Shown here: piece after piece, positions 1 to 12,000 of the stretch
How the letters are laid out: each line of letters opens with the position of its first letter
Position numbering within the stretch: the stretch's first letter is position 1
From: Eledone cirrhosa
Taxonomy: Eukaryota
Assembly: GCA_964016885.1 (NCBI GenBank)
Contig: OZ024740.1
Location: 202,926,001 to 202,990,000, forward strand
DNA: 64,000 bases
Direction: 5' to 3'
Made by a program: the position numbers and the translations under genes
Notes under the pieces: generated by a model
Databases searched by the model: none
What the model saw: only the letters and a program-made list of their open reading frames with translations
What the model was told of the DNA's origin: nothing

Positions 1-20
1 TTAACAGTTTGTCTCCTTGC

Positions 21-1853
21 CACAGTGCATCCAGAATGCCAAATTTCGGAATAAATTCTCTGCAAAGAGAAGTCGTTTATAACTCATTAGATCCGTTTGG
101 GAAAGCTGCAACTGATGGAGTTAAAACTATTCAAAGAAAGCATCTAATTTTGAAGAAAAATCTTGAATTCTTTTTCTAGCATTTACTGCAAAAATTGTTT
201 AATTGCCGTGATTTGTGGTAGGCAGAGAGATAAATGTTTTAGATTTGTAAATGTTATCAATTACTTCATGGGGGAGGGGGGGGGGCATACTTAGAGGAGG
301 GTTGTCACTCTGTGGCACTCTAGACCCAACAAAAAAGACCTTATTTATATTGTGTTATTGTCTATTAGAATTACAGCTCACTAATAACATTATTTGGACT
401 AACACTGTTCCAAACAGCACTGTGTTTGCTCGTCCAGTTTCGTTGGAACACCAATACGGGATCATTGGCTGACTGATTTTTCAGTCAGAAAAACTGCCAA
501 AATATATGTTGTCTCATTTTGAATTAGGAAGACAAGGACAATTATGAAATATTCTTGTCTCTAACCAACAATTAGTGAAGGAGAACAAGGTAAGATCTGA
601 CAGACGGAAGGCACTTGGGATAGATTTAATGTTACACCTAAAAATCTTATTTCTTGATGAGAGAGGCTTCTCATGGGTGGTTATGATTCCATCAAATGTG
701 TGGTCACAGCTGGGAACTTTTGAATGGAATGGTGGGCAGTGTATTGCGAAACGGAGTGAAATTCCACTTGAAAGTTGGTACAACACATTAAATCATTCCG
801 GAGCTGCAAGATCTCGCCAGCTTTCGGTAAAAGACACCATTAATATCTTCCGAAGGATGCTTATAATGTCTCATCAGAAAAAAAAAGACTTCGCGCTAAA
901 AGTCTGTACTGAAACATTCAGTTTCAAAATGTATTTCTTTTTAAGTTTTCCTATATATGCAAAATTACTGCAAAACCTCTATATTATTTCTAAATGTCAA
1001 TTATTGCTCAACATCAAGTCCCTATCACATGGTGACTATTTTAGATGGAGTTGCCTCTCTAATTTCAGGATGTTAGACATGTACTTTTTTTTTCTTTTAT
1101 TTTTCAGCCAGCACAAAGTTTTCTTGATGACAGTGCCAAAAGCACCTGACTACCCTGAATTAGACATTGGGGTAATGAAATGTCTCTAAATATCTATATT
1201 AAACATTTCGGTCCATTTGAGTATCATCAAACAAAAGTGTAGCTTAACACAAAAACACATTATTTTCACGTGGAAATGATCTGTTGCAAGCTCCAAGAAA
1301 GAACATTGAAGTCAGCATAACACTTCAGCTTTTAAGTTCTTTTAACTGAATCTTTGCTTGAAAGTCCACCATAGCCAGAGGATTCTCGAAAGTATTAACT
1401 CTATTCTGTGGAATGGTGTGGAATTTTTAAAATTTTGGTTTTCCGGGGGCTTTCTTAGAGCAAAAAATCGAATAATTTCATTACAACAAACTATTACATT
1501 TCTAAACTTTACCTGGTGTTTGATAGACTTGTTTAGAAAAATTACTCTTTTCAGAAAAATGCCAGTTCAATCTCTGGTTTACTGGCTTTGATATTTTATG
1601 GCCTATTCATTTTGGATGATTTTTCAAGATATTTTGTAGATTTTTGTTAAACTAATTTTTTTCTTTTTTTTTTTTTGGCAAAAGAACTGCAAAACTACTA
1701 ACTTTAAATTATAATAAAATTCTATAGACACAATCTTTTTAGCTGTTTTTTTTTCTTCTTCTCCCTAAAGGTCTTATTCAACAGAAAAATTTCAATAAAG
1801 AATGATAGGATAAACTTCAAATAATGATATTTTCCCACTCTGGGTGCACTGTG
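21..1853 (+). mobile_element. Transib/RAG-like DNA transposon, internally deleted, both termini present
   Basis: Left end CACAGTGCATCCAGAATG (21-38); right end reverse-complements to CACAGTGCACCCAGAGTG (1836-1853), a 16/18 match. CTTGC flanks both ends (16-20 and 1854-1858), giving a 5-bp TSD. Transposase motifs lie inside. Confidence 0.88.
180..880 (+). pseudogene. Decayed Transib/RAG1-core-like DDE transposase
   Basis: Colinear motifs across shifted frames: TLFILCYCLLEL..IIWTNTVPNSTVFARPVSL (~338-445), NTNTGSLAD*FF (447-482), HQMCGHSWEL (690-719), GQCIAKRSEIPLESW (734-778), ARSRQLS..IFRRMLIMSH. These correspond to RAG1 KPNSELCCKP, MNGNFAR and HKTLAH..IGAWASEGNESGNK..ARQS, and to Transib W.N..PSS..CRP and TNDGNTARRFF. 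Confidence 0.75.
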
Positions 1854-2219
1854 CTTGCAGGTCTTTACCGCATACTCCACTCCAAATCACACATCAACAT
1901 ATATGACACACGACCCACACACCGACTAACATTTTTGCTAAATCCCGTATACACTCGTGCAAATATCGAGCCTCCCTCCCACCTGTATTTTGCTGCCAAA
2001 TTAAAATTTCCCATTTATCTCGTGTAACAATCGACCCTAACTCTTCACAGACACAGACCAACATTTGTGAATTAAGGTATAATATTAAATATAAACGTTT
2101 CGACGAGGAAATTAATTTTACTACGCTATTATGTCCTGATATACAGAAGCGGAAATATCTACAAGAGCTTATTTATGTGTTTTGGTAGTAAGAAATGTAT
2201 TTTGATATGTAGAAATGTC

Positions 2220-2335
2220 GTGTCAACCCTTACCTATGGTCATGAATCTTGGGTAATGAGCGAAAGAATACAATCGCGAAGACAAGCGGCGGAAATAGAT
2301 TCCTCCAAAAGGTCTATGAAGTAACGTTATTCAAG
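2220..2335 (+). mobile_element. RTE-clade (Expander/Rex3-like) LINE fragment
   Basis: Encodes STLTYGHESWVMSERIQSRRQAAE; homologous to 59852-59960. Confidence 0.7.
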
Positions 2336-2344
2336 AAAACGTAT

Positions 2345-2696
2345 GAACAGACAATTATACAGACAGATTATGCTTTAAATCTCCCTGCACCTCCAATATG
2401 ACTACTTGTCAAATATGTAGAAAGATATGTAAGACAACCACCAGGTTAAAACGCCATATGAAACTCCACATTCTTATCCAAACTGGTATATATCTGTTAT
2501 TTCTGCTAAAGACCTTCTAAATCAGTTGCTGGATTAAAAAGTCACCTCTGCACACACAGGAATGATTGAGAGGATGCTGAGACGGATATCATCTGACAAG
2601 ATGAAGCATTCATCATCATGTATGTATGTATGTATGTATGTATGTATGTATGTATGTATGTATGTATGTATGTATGTATGTATGTATGTATGTATG
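2345..2696 (+). mobile_element. RTE-type LINE 3' end with (TATG)n tail
   Basis: Decayed C2H2-like end YICYFC*RPSKSVAGLKSHLCTH, a short UTR, then (TATG)n at 2618-2696; the same GLKSH end occurs at ~15120-15195. Confidence 0.6.
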
Positions 2697-2714
2697 TGAG
2701 AGTGTGTCAATACA

Positions 2715-2826
2715 TAGAGGAGGGGGGAGAAAGAGAGAAAGAGAGAAAGAGAGAGTTGGGTATCTCTATATTTAAGAGACAGAGAGAGAGTTTAATAGAG
2801 CTGTATCTCTCTATATTTAAGAGAGA

Positions 2827-2890
<64 letters not shown>

Positions 2891-2914
2891 TTAATAGAGC
2901 TGTATCTCTCTATA

Positions 2915-2976
<62 letters not shown>

Positions 2977-3026
2977 GTATCTCTCTCTATATTTAAGAGA
3001 GAGAGAGAGTTGTATCTCTCTCTATA

Positions 3027-3097
<71 letters not shown>

Positions 3098-3110
3098 TGT
3101 ATCTCTATAT
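2715..3110. repeat. Compound (GA)n microsatellite with reiterated TATCTCTCTATATTTAA spacer
   Basis: Spacer recurs near 2761, 2803, 2903, 2978 and 3013, each followed by GA runs. Confidence 0.9.
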
Positions 3111-3343
3111 TTCTAAACAAACCAACGGTGAAAATAGCTGCAGTCTTCTCCAGAGTTTATCAGAAGTAACATCAACAAAAGGTAAAATACTATTAAAATG
3201 AAACATCATAAAACATTCAATGTTATCTTTTATCACAACATTTATTCACTTTCCGTTGGTTGTCGCCGCCGTCATTCCGTCATCATTGCCGTAGTGGTGG
3301 TGGTGGTGGTGAGGGTTGTGTTAGTGGTGGTGGTGTTGCTGCG

Positions 3344-3375
<32 letters not shown>

Positions 3376-3494
3376 GGTAGTGGCGGCGGCAGTGATGATG
3401 GTGGCGGTGGAGGAGGTAATTGAAGTGGTGGTAATGTTGTTATTACTCATTCAAATAAAATGACTGATATTCAAACTTTAACTTGTAACTTTTC

Positions 3495-3545
<51 letters not shown>

Positions 3546-3919
3546 TTCTCGCCGTCTCTTACTCCATCCACTCCTCCCTTTCCTTCTCCACTCTCTGATT
3601 ACGTCCCTTTAAAAGTATTTATGTATGTGTAGGTGGCGCTTAATCTAATCTTGGTTACAGAACCACTTTGTGCAGACCGACAAGAAAAATTGAAAAAAAC
3701 CGAAACTGAAACAGAAAACAATACTTACATAGAAGTAAGTAATATGGTTGTGATAAGATGTACCGTATGTAGCGACATAGTATGGCGACTGTTTCCTCTA
3801 TTAAAACATATTTATATATTTCTAGAAGAATTTCTTCGCAAAGAACTCAAGTTTTTTGTTTTCTTTTTGCTGTTTATGCCTTGCAACTACTACATCCACT
3901 TTCAGTGTGTATATATATA

Positions 3920-3992
<73 letters not shown>

Positions 3993-4017
3993 GCGTGTGT
4001 GTGCGTGTGTGTGTGTG

Positions 4018-4190
4018 TGAAAAATTCGGGACCCCGACAGCTGAGCTCCTGCTGTTTGGATCTAGCTGTTGAAACGGAAGGAGCTCAGTCGTCGGCGTCT
4101 CGAATTTTTCATATTACCCACTCTACTATCTCAAGTATCGAGTACTCTGGTGAGTAATGGTCTAACTGGTTTTTACCGCTTCCATTCTGA
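4018..4190 (+). mobile_element. Penelope-type pseudo-LTR relic with 5' inverted duplication
   Basis: Imperfect palindrome 4018-4111, then TTACCCACTCTACT..GAGTACTCTGGTG shared with 27429-27508, 31100-31180 and 47870-47985; ends at (TA)n. Confidence 0.65.
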
Positions 4191-4192
4191 TA

Positions 4193-4269
<77 letters not shown>

Positions 4270-4346
4270 CCTGTTATTTTTATCTAAAGACATTTTTTCC
4301 AATTCCAACCCGCTCGTCTCCTCAATCTATCTTATTTCTCATTCTT

Positions 4347-4383
4347 TCTTCTGATGAAGGACTAACGGTCCGAAACGTTAAGA
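4347..4383 (+). ncRNA. Minimal type I hammerhead ribozyme motif
   Basis: TCTT CTGATGA A GGAC-TAACG-GTCC GAAAC GT T AAGA: intact core, stems I and II, palindromic loopless stem III (AACGTT). Confidence 0.8.
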
Positions 4384-4478
4384 CCCTCTTCCTGCTATAT
4401 CTTATATCAAGCGTTAACCTAATATATCCCTTCCATATACTGTACCGATTGTGTTGTTATTTCTGTTTACCTTTTACA

Positions 4479-4607
<129 letters not shown>

Positions 4608-4747
4608 TAGAGAGCAGCGTGGCAACATATTGGCTCGTTCCTTTCTGAGACAAAAGCATAAACACACATTGTGTTCCTCTCTTTTTTTATGTGCTTGTTT
4701 CCTTAAAGTCTACCACCATTCCGTTGGTATGCATCGATTATGCAATT

Positions 4748-4807
4748 GACACCTGATGATATCACCGGGTTCTTACGCAACCTGGTGACTGAAATGTGCA
4801 TAGTGTT
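4748..4807 (+). ncRNA. Type I hammerhead ribozyme motif
   Basis: GACAC CTGATGA, stem II TCACCGGGTT/AACCTGGTGA, GAAA TGTGCAT A GTGTT; second copy at 29071-29128. Confidence 0.78.
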
Positions 4808-4859
4808 CACAGAAATAAAAAATTAAGGAAATTCAACGTATTTGGCCTCCTGTCACTTC

Positions 4860-4954
<95 letters not shown>

Positions 4955-5362
4955 GCAGGGAGAAAGAGACGATTATGAGGAAGAAAAAATTTTTTTTTTT
5001 CCTTTTTTGTTTCTCTCTCTCTTTTTTCTGGGTTAGAAAATGATTAAAACGAAATGTTTTACTTTGTGTGAAGTGTTAAGGTATTAGTTGATTTATTTAT
5101 TATTTAACAATGGCATTTATTTATCTATTTATCTATTTAATTATTGTCTATATATATATATATATATATATACATTTAAAAAAAATCTTGTAATGATTTA
5201 GTAGAAAATATTTTGACAAAAACAGGTTTGTTAATTCAAATGTTTATAGTAAGATAGTGGTAGACAGTTAGAAATTGCAGTATCAAAGTAAAGACTTTAA
5301 TTTTTGGAAGTAATGCAATAATTATTTCTAAATGTAATGTTGCATATGCAAGGCTCCATTAA

Positions 5363-5562
5363 CTCTTAACATCTTAAAATGATTTAGTAGAAAATATCTA
5401 AAAAAATATGTTAATTCAATTGTTTATAGTACCTTAACTTGTAGGTAGATTGCCGTGAAAATGTATAGTATTGAAGTGATAATTTTTACTGTCATATTGC
5501 TCTTTTGTACTTATCAAGAATATCTTGCTAATGTGGTTTCATGTGGTACAGGGTGTTAAGAG
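5363..5562. mobile_element. Possible TTAA-flanked (piggyBac-type) MITE
   Basis: TTAA|CTCTTAACA ... TGTTAAGAG|TTAA; only a 9-11 bp TIR in AT-rich DNA. Confidence 0.4.
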
Positions 5563-5804
5563 TTAAATAATATTCAAGAAGGCAGAGATTAAAAAACCCA
5601 CTATTGTGTAGTTTTGTTTTATATTTCTCATATATAAACATATAGAAGGCGTTTTATCCGGAGGGAGTAGTTCGTTAGTGGTGTGCTATGTTTATTAAAG
5701 CCATAAATAAATGTCGTTTAGGGAATAACCCAATTGTTCTTCACTTGTCTGCAAATGGTGCAACATTTCTGAATATATTTCTTAGGCTGTACTCTTATAT
5801 TATG

Positions 5805-6580
5805 GATGTAATGTGGTTGAATGCTTAAGGAGTTCACTTCGCAATCATTAGGTCTCAGGTTCCACCCCACTGTGTGGGGTGAGTGCCTGATATCATAGTC
5901 TAGTGTCGATACCAAGCTTTATGAGTGAAATTATATAGACAGAAACTGTTTGGAAGCCCGCCAGAAGAACTGTAGTTAAAAGGGACAGTCTTGTCAAACA
6001 ATGTCACCCTGAATCTCATTAAAGGTACACGTCTCTGTGAAATGCTCGGCTATTTCTCCGTTAATGTCATGAATAGGCTGTTCCGTTAATCAAACAACTG
6101 GAACGCTCTTCGTCGAAGGCCATGGAGGTCCAATGACACTTTTATTTGAAGATACGTGGTTTTATAGTTAAGATGTTCGGCTCCCTATCATAAATTCGAT
6201 TTTCGTCGGCGTGTTGTGTCCTTGAGCAAGACACTTTATTTCACGTTGATCCAATCTACTAAGCTGGCAAAAAGTGAGTTGTACCTGTAATTAAAGTGGT
6301 TAGAGTTTTCGACTCCCGATCGTAACGTCGTGGGTTCTGTTTCTGGTGGCGTGTTTTGTTTTCCAACAAGACATTTAATTTCTGTCTACTCAGCTAGCAA
6401 AAGAAGCGTTATACCTGTAATTCAAAGGGTCAACTTTTTCAGTCGCTGTGTTACACAGAGTCTCCCTTTGAAACAAGGTTGTGTGCAAGCGTCTATGCAA
6501 TGGTCAGCCACTTGCACACGTGCGTTTCCGTTGTTCGAACGACCAGAACGCCCGTTGTCGAGATCGACTGAGGTCCATCA
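5805..6580 (+). mobile_element. Cluster of decayed tRNA-derived SINEs (about 4 pieces, two families)
   Basis: 5805-5962 matches 60660-60820(-) and 47290-47390; 5965-6580 contains pieces matching 61889-62225 (GTTGTGTCCTTGAGCAAGAC core, GTACCTGTAATTCAAAGG, GGAGGTCCA tail). Confidence 0.65.
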
Positions 6581-7221
6581 CACTTTTATATTTAGCTTAT
6601 ATTTTGCATTCCTTTGCTCATACTTTCAGCATTATCCCATTTTAACCTACGATAGGGATGTTACTGATAACGATGCTGGGACATGATAGTGACAGAATTC
6701 GTGACCATATAGCGATAGTACTTAAAACAATAAACGTTCAAATCAGTATCTTATTGTAGCTACAGACGCATATATAGTGTACCGAACATTTTACATAATG
6801 GTAAGCCTCAACCATAATGAATAGCGTTTTATAAAATAAATAACAGTATTATATGTTTAGCGTAGAAAATATATAGAAAGACTAAAATTGATATCATCTC
6901 AACTATCATACACAATGAGCCTTATATCTTAAATAAGAAACACAAAATAAAGAAAAATGCCACGCAAAGCTCTTTAGGTGGGCTACGTGATGCCATCCAG
7001 TATTATATAAGCTGTAGTGTTATATAAGCTGTAGTATTTAGTTCTTATCACGTCTCCTCCCTAACTCAGCGTGCTTCTAGCAATTAGACATATAAGAAAG
7101 GAATCGTTTTTCGGTTTTTTTATTTGATAATTAAAAGACTGGAAGATGATTTATTTTTTAAGAATCCAATTTACAAATCCGACAAAAATGAAGATAAAAG
7201 AAAAGGGAAATAAAATAAAAT

Positions 7222-7411
7222 AATTGTTTCTATTTTAGGCACAAGGCCAGCAATTACCCAGTACATTACTGGTACTTTATTTTATCGACCCCGTAAGGAT
7301 GAAAGGCAAAGTTAACCTCGGCGGCATTTGAACTCAGATCATAAAGGGACGTAACTCTATGCTTCAAAGCATGGTGTCCGACTCTCTACCGATACTGCCA
7401 ATCCACCGCCC
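7222..7411 (-). mobile_element. tRNA-derived SINE (Meta-domain-like)
   Basis: A box TGGCAGTATCGG, B box GAGTTCAAAT, body GCCTTTCATCCTTACGGGGTCGATAAAATAAAGTACCAG; copies at 19327, 48392 and 63481. Confidence 0.85.
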
Positions 7412-7876
7412 TTAAAATAAAAATAAAATAATGATAGAAATGAGGAAGGGACAAACTCTATATTATTAGCTGGATGGATGGGTGGTATGTCACAGCTGAG
7501 CACAAGCTGACAAAAGCAATACGGCTGAAAACAATCATGGATACCTTCTGCATAAACTATTCCACTTTATAGAGCTCTTTTCTCAATCATGATACCCCCC
7601 CCCCCCCCCCCCTCCCGACTTGGCTGAAAAAAACAGCAGCCCGGGTACACAGGGGTTCTCGATGGCGACTGACACACAAAGGAAACAGTCAGTCAATATC
7701 TTAGATATATTAAACTAAAATTTGTGAAGTATGATGTCATCTATGAGATGTTATGAACTAATGTAGACGCAGCACGGCCAAATATATAAGATCTTCACAT
7801 CGCAATCCTTTGATCTCTAGATCAATCCCACAATGTGATACCTTGAGCCAATGTCCTCGGATTGATTTATACCTTA

Positions 7877-8976
7877 CTAGCAGTAAAGCCCGGCGTTGCT
7901 CGGGGTCGCTCAGTAGCTGTGTTAAAGTTACAATGTTAAGTTTCTTTTTTGGCTTAAAAACTGTAGTGTCTACTGTGCAGACTTGCATGTGGTGTTTTTG
8001 ATTAATATTCCCTCAACCAACAATATGCCTTATGAAGTTAAGAAAACATAACGATAACCCGAATGTTATAACAAAAGAGGATGCTGGGGATAGAAACTGC
8101 ACTGGTTATTTATTAACAAAGATCGAAAATGTAAACACTGCAACGCAGAGAAAAACATTAGCGTAACCAAATTATCAGTTATGTCTGTCTGCACGCCTAT
8201 ATCACCTCTCTGCACGACTGTCTGTCTGCACGCCTATATCACCTCTCTGCACGACTGTCTGTCTGCACGCCTATATCACCTCTCTGCACAACTGTCTGTC
8301 TGCACGCCTATATCACCTCTCTGCACGACTGTCTGTCTGCACGCCTATATCACCTCTCTGCACGACTGTCTGTCTGCACGCCTATATCACCTCTCTGCAC
8401 AACTGTCTGTCTGCACGCCTATATCACCTCTCTGCACGACTATCTGTCTGCACGCGTATATCACCTCTCTGCACGACTGTCTGTCTGCACGACTGTCTGT
8501 CTGCACGCCTAACGACGAAATATTTGCTTGTTTTACGTAGTCTTTAAATAGACTTGTTTTCAAGTAAAAATATTGTTTTAAAATGCTTTTAAATGGAAAT
8601 GAAGCAAAACGGAAGCTTAGTGTTCGAACTGATGAATTTTGCAGGTCAATATTTTGCTGGCTCGACAACTGTTCGTTCGTGTATTGTGTTAATGTCATTT
8701 TAAACGCTGAGAAAGCCAGCGTAATTTTTTACGTAAGACGCTCAATGTAAACAGAACAAAGGGAAATAACTGATAACTTACGCTCAAAAATCGATACATT
8801 ATATTCGATTTCGTCACATAGGGTGGGTCAATTTGAAATATTATTTTTCCGATGTCTTCGCTAGGGCTCAATGTACAAGTATAGCAATTTCGGTACAATT
8901 CCGTGAGAGATTCTAAGAGGAGATGTGTGCCAAAAATCGATAGACAGACAGACAACCACAGTTTTATATATATAGA
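7877..8976 (-). mobile_element. Non-autonomous Helitron
   Basis: Minus strand starts A|TCTATATATATAAAA..GTCTGTCTGTC and ends with hairpin CCCG-AGCAACGC-CGGG, 8 nt, CTAG|T; no TSD. Confidence 0.75.
8182..8510. repeat. 37-bp minisatellite, about 8 units plus partial, inside the Helitron
   Basis: Unit TGTCTGTCTGCACGCCTATATCACCTCTCTGCACGAC. Confidence 0.95.
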
Positions 8977-9096
8977 TGACTGAATTGGAGTAGACGGAAA
9001 GTGTTTGGAAGCTCGTTGGATAGAGTGTACCTGTAATTCAAAGAGCCAACTTTCTCACACAATGTTTCAACTGAACCTCTCAGAGAATTACGTTAA

Positions 9097-12000
9097 CCTT
9101 ATAAAGCCTGGGGCGGTTTAGAGGTTCCGTAAGCCTGGGAGGGGCGCTCAGAACGCCTCCCTGCTTTATTCCTGAACCACTAATAATATGGCAATGAAAC
9201 TAGGTACATGTATAGACCATTGACAGGCAAACATTTCTGCATTACAAAAATATTGCTGACGTCATCAATCAGTTATTTCCAGATATGTAAAATTTAGTAC
9301 TTTTATAGTGCTCAAATCTTTTCCAGAACAACTAAGCTATGGCTATGAAACTTTGTAGGGATATAGGTACTGTATATAGGTACTGTGTATAGGTACTGTA
9401 TATAGGTACTGTGTATAGGTACTGTGTATAGGTACTGTGTATAGGTACTGTGTATAGGTACCGTATATAGGTACTGTGTATAGGTACTGTATATAGGTAC
9501 TGTGTATAGATACTGTATATAGGTACTGTATATAGGTACTGTATATAGGTACTGTGTATAGGTACTGTGTATAGGTACTGTGTATAGGTACTGTGTATAG
9601 GTACCGTATATAGGTACTGTGTATAGGTACTGTATATAGGTACTGTATATAGGTACTGTATATAGGTACTGTGTATAGGTACTGTATATAGGTACCGTAT
9701 ATAGGTACTGTATATAGGTACTGTATATAGGTACTGTGTATAGGTACTGTGTATAGGTACTGTGTATAGGTACTGTATATAGGTACTGTGTATAGGTACT
9801 GTATATAGGTACTGTATATAGGTACTGTGTATAGGTACTGTGTATAGGTACTGTATATAGGTACTGTATATAGGTACTGTGTATAGGTACTGTGTATAGG
9901 TACTGTATATAGGTACTGTATATAGGTATTGTGTATAGGTACTGTGTATAGGTACTGTGTATAGGTACTGTGTATAGGTACTGTGTATAGGTACTGTATA
10001 TAGGTACTGTATATAGGTACTGTGTATAGGTACTGTGTATAGGTACTGTATATAGGTACTGTGTATAGGTACTGTGTATAGGTACTGTGTATAGGTACTG
10101 TGTATAGATACTGTGTATAGGTACTGTATATAGGTACTGTATATAGGTACTGTGTATAAGTACTGTATATAGGTACTGTGTATAGGTACTGTGTATAGGT
10201 ACTGTGTATAGGTACCGTATATAGGTAATGTATATAGGTACTGTGTATAGGTACTGTATATAGGTACTGTGTATAGGTACTGTGTATAGATACTGTGTAT
10301 AGGTACTGTATATAGGTACTGTATATAGGTACTGTGTATAGGTACTGTATATAGGTACTGTGTATAGGTACTGTGTATAGGTACTGTGTATAGGTACCGT
10401 ATATAGGTAATGTATATAGGTACTGTGTATAGGTACTGTGTATAGGTACTGTATATAGGTACTGTGTATAGGTACTGTGTATAGGTACTGTGTATAGGTA
10501 CTGTATATAGGTACTGTGTATAGGTACTGTGTATAGGTACTGTGTATAGGTACTGTATATAGGTACTGTGTATAGATACTGTGTATAGCTACTGTATATA
10601 GGTACTGTGTATAGATACTGTGTATAGGTACCGTCAATAGGTACTGTATATAGGTACTGTATATAGGTACTGTATATAGGTACTGTATATAGGTACTGTA
10701 TATAGGTACTGTGTATAGATACTGTGTATAGGTACCGTATATAGGTACTGTATATAGGTACTGTGTATAGGTACCGTATATAGGTACTGTATATAGGTAC
10801 TGTATATAGGTACTGTATATAGGTACTGTATATAGGTACTGTATATAGGTACTGTGTATAGGTACTGTATATAGGTACTGTATATAGGTACTGTATATAG
10901 GTACCGTATATAGGTACTGTGTATAGGTACTGTGTATAGGTACTGTGTATAGGTACCGTATATAGGTACTGTATATAGGTACTGTGTATAGGTACCGTAT
11001 ATAGGTACTGTGTATAGGTACTGTATATAGGTACTGTATATAGGTACTGTATATAGGTACTGTGTATAGGTACCGTATATAGGTACTGTATATAGGTACT
11101 GTGTATAGGTACTGTATATAGGTAATGTATATATTGTACTGCATATAGGTACTGTATATAGGTACTGTGTATAGGTACTGTGTATAGATACTGTGTATAG
11201 GTACTGTATATAGGTACTGTGTATAGATACTGTGTATAGGTACCGTATATAGGTACTGTATATAGGTACTGTGTATAGGTACTGTATATAGGAACTGTGT
11301 ATAGGTACTGTGTATAGATACTGTGTATAGGTACTGTATATAGGTACTGTATATAGGTACTGTGTATAGGTACTGTATATAGGTACTGTATATAGGTACT
11401 GTATATAGGTACTGTGTATAGATACATGTGTATAGGTACTGTGTATAGGTACTGTATATAGGTACTATGTATAGGTACTGTATATAGGTACTTTGTATAG
11501 GTACTGTATATAGGTACTGTATATAGGTACTGTGTATAGGTACCGTATATAGGTACTGTATATAGGTACTGTGTATAGGTACTGTATATAGGTACTGTGT
11601 ATAGGTACTGTGTATAGGTACCGTATATAGGTACTGTATATAGGTACTGTGTATAGGTACTGTGTATAGGTACTGTGTATAGGTACTGTATATAGGTACT
11701 GTATATAGGTACTGTGTATAGGTACTGTATATAGGTACTGTATATAGGTACTGTATATAGGTACTGTGTATAGATACATGTGTATAGGTACTGTGTATAG
11801 GTACTGTATATAGGTACTGTGTATAGGTACTGTATATAGGTACTTTGTATAGGTACTGTATATAGGTACTGTATATAGGTACTGTGTATAGGTACCGTAT
11901 ATAGGTACTGTATATAGGTACTGTGTATAGGTACTGTGTATAGGAGGTGTGTATAGATACTGTATATAGGTACTGTATATAGGTACTGTATATAGGTACT

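Noticed and set aside
7320-7411. tRNA gene
   Set aside because: The A/B boxes belong to a multi-copy SINE head; no cloverleaf.
8182-8510. 37-bp repeats as a CRISPR array or repeat protein
   Set aside because: Units are contiguous with no spacers, there are no cas genes, and the context is eukaryotic.
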